Source of the DNA: Rhodosorus marinus CCMP1338 | Lineage: Eukaryota; Plantae; Rhodophyta | Assembly (NCBI GenBank): GCA_029953675.1 | Contig: JAMWBK010000005.1 | Coordinates: 434,001 to 498,000, forward strand | Length of the DNA stretch: 64,000 nt | Reading direction: 5' to 3' | Part shown: piece by piece, positions 59,008-64,000 of the stretch | Layout: each line of letters begins with the position of its first letter | How positions within the stretch are numbered: position 1 is the stretch's first letter | The notes under the pieces: generated by a model | The model's database searches: none | What the model was told of the DNA's origin: nothing | What the model saw: only the letters and a program-made list of their open reading frames with translations | Program-made: the position numbers and the translations under genes

Positions 59008-60308
59008 TCATTCTTCAATAGGCGCCAGCCGCTCGCTGTTGGTCAGCGACGTGAAACACAACGTGCTGGAATCGGTAACATATGCAACCAGATCCCCCTT
59101 CGCGTGCACATCAACAGCGTTGACGCCCAATGTCTTCCCCAACGCCAGCTGCTTGAGCTCGGCTGCAGTCATCTCCGCGGTCCAGTATTCCTCAGCGCCC
59201 ACTCCTCTCTGCGCGGCCTGAAGGAAATCCCACGAAAGCACAGATCCATCCTCCCCACAACTCAACAGCATGCCAGGTCTCGAGTTCATCACTCTAACAT
59301 CCCATACTTGACCATTGTGAGGAGCTGTACTGCTCACGGGGAACTCCTCCTTCCTTCTGTCCCAGCAAACAACTTCTCCCATGTCCGTGCCGCAGAATAC
59401 GTAGTGAGTCTGAGCTCGGTCAGCGTCGATACATAACAGGGCGGCTCTGCTTCTAGGATATCTCAGCCGCTGAGAAGGAGCGCTTAGACCTTGTCGACAG
59501 TCCCACAGAGATACAAATCCGCTGATGCCGGCGGTTGCCTAGAGAAGCGAAGGAGCAATCAGATCGGTGTTCCAGGTGGACATCGCCAGCGTTCGCTTTT
59601 AAATAAGGAACATTAGGAATCATTATGGCTTACAAAGTCATCACTTGTTAATCGTGAGGCTGCTCGGATGCCGATTCCGTCTCCTCCCGCTCTTTCGGCG
59701 GAGGCTACGCCAGTTTCTATATCCATCACTGCTATTGATCCCTCAGATCCAGCACCAGCCGCTGTTCTCTCAGAAAGCGCGGCAACACCAGCCGCGGCTT
59801 CTCCTTGAGGAAAGCCTCCGACCCGCTCCATGGCCGACTTTGAGTTCAGATACAATCGAACCATACCGTCACTGGAGGCACATAGAACCGAGTTCCTATC
59901 CCCGATCGTGACCTCCAGATCAAAAACTTTTCCAGGATGTACACACTCATGCTTTAAATCAATTCCATTATTTCCATCTTCATAAACCCGAACAAAATCC
60001 TCCCCAGGCTCCCCTTCAGAAGAGCCTACCACCGCGCTCGATCCACTCTCCAACCACCTCACCGTAGCTAGTACCTTTCCAGAAAACAATACTTTCTCCA
60101 CAACATCTCCAGATGGACTATCGCTCATCAGATCACCTCCTCCTTCCGTCCAGTTCAGCGGACCCAGAGCAGATCCCAAACCAACCGGTTCCTCCTTACG
60201 CCCCGAAAGGGATACAATTTCACCAAACTTACTCTCAACCTCACCTTGCTTCCTCTCACTTCCAGCTTGCTTCGCAAGCATCCTAGTTGCTGTCCTCTTT
60301 CTGGCCAT
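59008..60308 (-). CDS. NUP43: WD40 nucleoporin NUP43, 2 exons
   Basis: KVLATVRWL, VSLWDCR, CGTDMGEVVCWDRR, HNGQVWDVRV..SRPGMLLSCGEDGSVLSWD and GVNAVDV...VAYVTDSSTL fit the NUP43 pattern. Confidence 0.8.
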
Positions 60309-61230
60309 CTTCTTTTTAACTCTCTTTCCGAATCTTAGATCAATAGTTTTTTCTACTCAGCATACTCAGTTTCCCTCCTTCTCACAAACGATCCAAGTCA
60401 CCCTCTTCACGCACAACGACAAACCCTCAAAACATTTCCATCCACATTGGGATCCCAAACTAGTCCACATATAGCCATTATTATGAATACGAATTAAACA
60501 ATCATAAATAAATATAAATTTAATAGCTTCTTCTTGTTTTAGAATCCTCACGCACTAAATAACGATTTATTCGTAGATTGAATGGTTGGGTACGTTTGGA
60601 CTTGAAGAAGATGGAAACCGACTTGGACTGGAAGTTTCATACAGATCATGGAGATTTTGGAAGACCTAGCTATTACGTACAACCACAGAGGGATAGAGGA
60701 GTACATTGGCTCGGATCTGACGCTCAGTTTCTGGCGAGAATGTCAAGGATACGTGATCGCATCGATCAGCATGTCTGGGGCGTCGATATGCCTACAGTTG
60801 CATTGGGTTTCCTAAATTTCTCCGTTTGAATATCGCTTGTGAGAAGCACTGTGGGATAGAGAAACCTTCAGCACCATCCGGTGAACACCGCCGTTGAAGA
60901 TGACGACTGGTTGAGACGGTTTCCGAGCGTGTGAGTATGACTGGTAGCCTATGACGGAGATGGTGTGTTTGCGTGTGACTGCAAGGGGAGCGTCTATACA
61001 TAAGAACTGTTGTAGTATTTGTTTATTCACAATGAGTAACTAGAGGCAACAAGTTGCGGCTCTGGAAGGGGACGATTGTGGACCTATGTTCGGTCTTCGA
61101 TGAGTTCTGGCTTCATCAACTGAATGCCTAGGTCGTCGTTGGTTGACGTGTTCTCGAGGGCGCCTCTCTGGGCTGTAGCGTATAAATTTCTGACCGTACA
61201 TTGATTTTTCCGCTCGCTGAAGCGGAAGGC

Positions 61231-61671
61231 TCAGTCTAGGACTATGTACTCCGTTTCTCCTTTCCTCGTGCTGAGAAATGATTCCTGAACCGCCTGGTCC
61301 GTGGCCTTTTCTTGCCGGCGCGGAAGGTTACTGTCCTCGTCGTACTTCTTCGTTTGATCCTGGTACATCGTCCACATGATGCGTGGCACGCTCGAAGCAT
61401 CTTCCCACGTGAATTTTTCTCCGCTTCTCTTCGGGGGGTCCCATTCCACTAGCATCTCTTCCTTTCCTGTTGCCTCGACTCGTCTTATCGCCTGAACACC
61501 AGTTATCCTAGGGGTATACCTTCCCTTCACTTCAAGTTCATCCTCGGAAACCTCATCCTCGAACCATGGAAATCCAATCGGTTCGTTCTCAAGCAAATCC
61601 GTTATAGTACACTTCCAAGCCTGCCGCTTTACTCTTTTCCTCGGAATAGAGTCCTTCCTCATACCAAACAA
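61231..61671 (-). CDS. chromodomain-like protein
   Basis: ITGVQAIRRVEATGKEEMLVEWDPPKRSGEKFTWED fits I...R.....E(Y)LV.W......TWE. Further 3' exons are possible (60812-61030). Confidence 0.6.
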   Translation of the reverse strand: MFGMRKDSIPRKRVKRQAWKCTITDLLENEPIGFPWFEDEVSEDELEVKGRYTPRITGVQAIRRVEATGKEEMLVEWDPPKRSGEKFTWEDASSVPRIMWTMYQDQTKKYDEDSNLPRRQEKATDQAVQESFLSTRKGETEYIVLD

Positions 61672-62686
61672 ACCAAATCAACTCCCTCAAAACAGGACTG
61701 CAAACACTACCAGTTTGTAAGAGAACAACCAGCAGCCAACACACCTGCCCCAACTTCTCCAGCAAACCAAACCACCAAAGACCAAGTCCCCCCCCGCCTC
61801 AACTACCAACTACCTATAGATCACCCTCTATAGTCTGTACAGACTAGCTGGTCCGCATAGGGCTCCTCCTAAATGTACAGAACAAGACACATAGCCACAT
61901 CCCAATCTCTGTCCCTTTTCCCGCTCAAACCTAACTAGTACGTCACCCGCCTCATCGGTCCGAGCGTATCTCAAGACTGCAAGCTAGGGACAAAGAAGCG
62001 TTAGTACACTTTATTAGAATTTTGCTTAGTACGGATCTACTAAGTTGACCTGCGGATTGATGGCGATGATGATGGTGAGCAGCCCCAGTCCAGCTGGGCT
62101 GCAGCAGGTGTCATCATTATCAGCACCAGACCATTAAGTATCCACCGTCGTCCTTTTGCCTCGTAGTAGAAGGTGTAACTACCAAGTTGGTTCTGTGTTA
62201 GGGTTGTCATGTGACGTCCCATAAACAAAAGGTGGTACATCTAATACTCGTGCCAACCTTTTTATTGGACGAAACGCAACGAGTTTATTCTGTTGATGGT
62301 TTCATGTTGGTCAGCCAAAGCACAGGTTTCCACTGACGCCTCTGCGTTTCAGAGAGGTTACCCAAAGTAAGTTACAGCTACCAGGAAGATCGATGTTTGT
62401 GGTTCTTCAGAAGTTTTGTTGGCATTCATGCGTTGAGTGCAGCAATAGGTGCGATCGGAAGTAACGAAGAACATGAACACGCCTGCTTTGGGTATCAAGA
62501 GAACCACTTCTCAGAATAGGTTAGGCTATGCGGTATATAGACAGGTTTACAAACGATCAAATTTCATGGCTCGCAAGTTTCCAAGACTGGCCAATTGGAC
62601 ACTTGGGATGGCTTGGGAACGCTGCAAAATACAGGATAGCTGTGCAAAGATCGTTATCGTAGTTCACACCGACATCTGTTTCGGAT

Positions 62687-63719
62687 TCATCGCTTTGCTG
62701 ACTTCTTTTTTTTCTGGGGTTTCGACCCATACTTCGCAGCAAGCGCGTCCGTAAACGCGTCAAAGTCTTTCTCCCGCTGATCTCGTTTCGCTAGAATGCT
62801 CAGTGCGAGGTCGGAGCTACCACCAGTTGGTTTGGATCGTTTTCTGATCTTGTTCTTCTTCTGTGTTTCGTTTGCGCGAGGGGTGAAACCCCCGTACTTT
62901 GCCCTAAGCTCCTCACTACTCTTCTTGTACTTCTTCGTAGACTTGAGCAAGCTCCCCTGGATCTGCTCGTCGTAAAAGCTGAGATATCTTAGAACATCAA
63001 TCTCTTCACTGTAGGGGATGTATGCCAATATCCTAAAGAACAGTGAGATTTCGCGAGCTGGTTAATCCTTCCGAGCTGGCGTGGACAGGATTAGCGGTAG
63101 TTAATTCCTCACTGTGATACGTTGCCTTTGAAACGCCCATAAAAGTTCATAAGATCCTCCTTTTCTTCATCTGAGTAGCGGTACTTTTTCTGTTGAAATC
63201 GATTGTAAGGATGGATTCCAGGAAGGATCAGCACGTGCAAGTTAGAGCCTTCCATTCGTTACGCTGTATTGTCGCGGTTTACCTCGAAGTTGTCAATGTC
63301 CTCTTGGGTTACTTTCGCGTACAGTTCACGAAAGTATTTGTACGCATCCTCAGGATTCGTTGGAATGAAGTTATCGTCTTCATCGCCGGGTACAATTCCA
63401 GTCTCATCGTAAAGCCTGCGCCTCTCCTTGTCTGTCAACACCTCGTACACTTTCTGCAGCTGCTGGAATTTTTCCGCTGCGTCCTTTTTTCATCGAACGA
63501 AGCCTCCACGATTCAGCCCGACGAAAACCGCCTTCAGATTTCGTGGTCTAGAATCTCGAATCTCACCTTATCAGGATTCTTGTCTGGATGAAGCTTTAGC
63601 GCCAGCACTCGAAACGCCTTCTTTATTTGAGCTTCTGTTGCGTCCGTGTCTACTTGCAAAATATCATACAACGTTGCATTCTCACCATTCTCCTTGCCCG
63701 CTGTCTTTTCCTTCACCAT
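62687..63719 (-). CDS. DNAJC9: DnaJ co-chaperone, DNAJC9-like, 4 exons
   Basis: J-domain LYDILQV...LHPDKNP|DAAEKFQQL...YDETG, then [18 protein letters not shown]|[13 protein letters not shown], and a C-terminal ALAAKYG. Confidence 0.88.
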
Positions 63720-64000
63720 CGTCCTGAAGGGTCTCAACGAGCCTTGCTTGTGAATACCAATCAACTGCAATCCGCTAGATTCAAGGAAGCCACCTCTGCC
63801 GATGTGCTTCCCAACCGCATGAACCAATACAGTCTTATGGATCGCTGCTGTTGCGACGCCCTGGCCAATGTGAATCGTCCGAAATGGCAATCTCATGAAC
63901 CAAGCGCGAACCTGATCGCCATCTATCCCTTCTTTAGGACGCTTTGAGAGTATCTCTCCTGGTCAGCTATGCACCTCTTTTAACCGTCTGTTGGAAGGAG

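Overview
Compact eukaryotic nuclear DNA with short GT-AG introns and several 'MAF...' N-terminal plastid-type transit peptides. This points to a red alga, probably a unicellular one; the taxon is inferred, not proven. About 25 protein genes can be supported. Recognisable ones: a C2H2 zinc-finger protein, two head-to-head tRNA-isopentenyltransferase (MiaA/IPT9-type) paralogs, NIP7 (absent from the ORF track), a Gemin6-like protein, a TBC RabGAP, a GT34 glycosyltransferase, a degenerate SNase-domain protein, a GOST/TMEM87-like 7TM protein, ABCF, ABCD, Bin3/MEPCE, FANCL, MLH3, Mpv17/PMP22, NUP43, a chromodomain protein and DNAJC9. Decayed Gypsy and Copia relics are also present. The most unusual region is an island at about 24.6-32 kb, poor in conserved genes and littered with transposon relics. 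It holds three tandem intronless paralogs of a 95-101 aa basic protein with a doubled 'IGEKRAxxxNIVx(F/Y)S' motif, followed by a head-to-head pair of homologous 53-aa microproteins. The pair shares a 21/24-identical promoter block, a 10-mer of which also lies upstream of one of the trio, and a 25-bp-stem hairpin sits between the pair. I recognise neither family. All calls were made by eye; no database searches were run.
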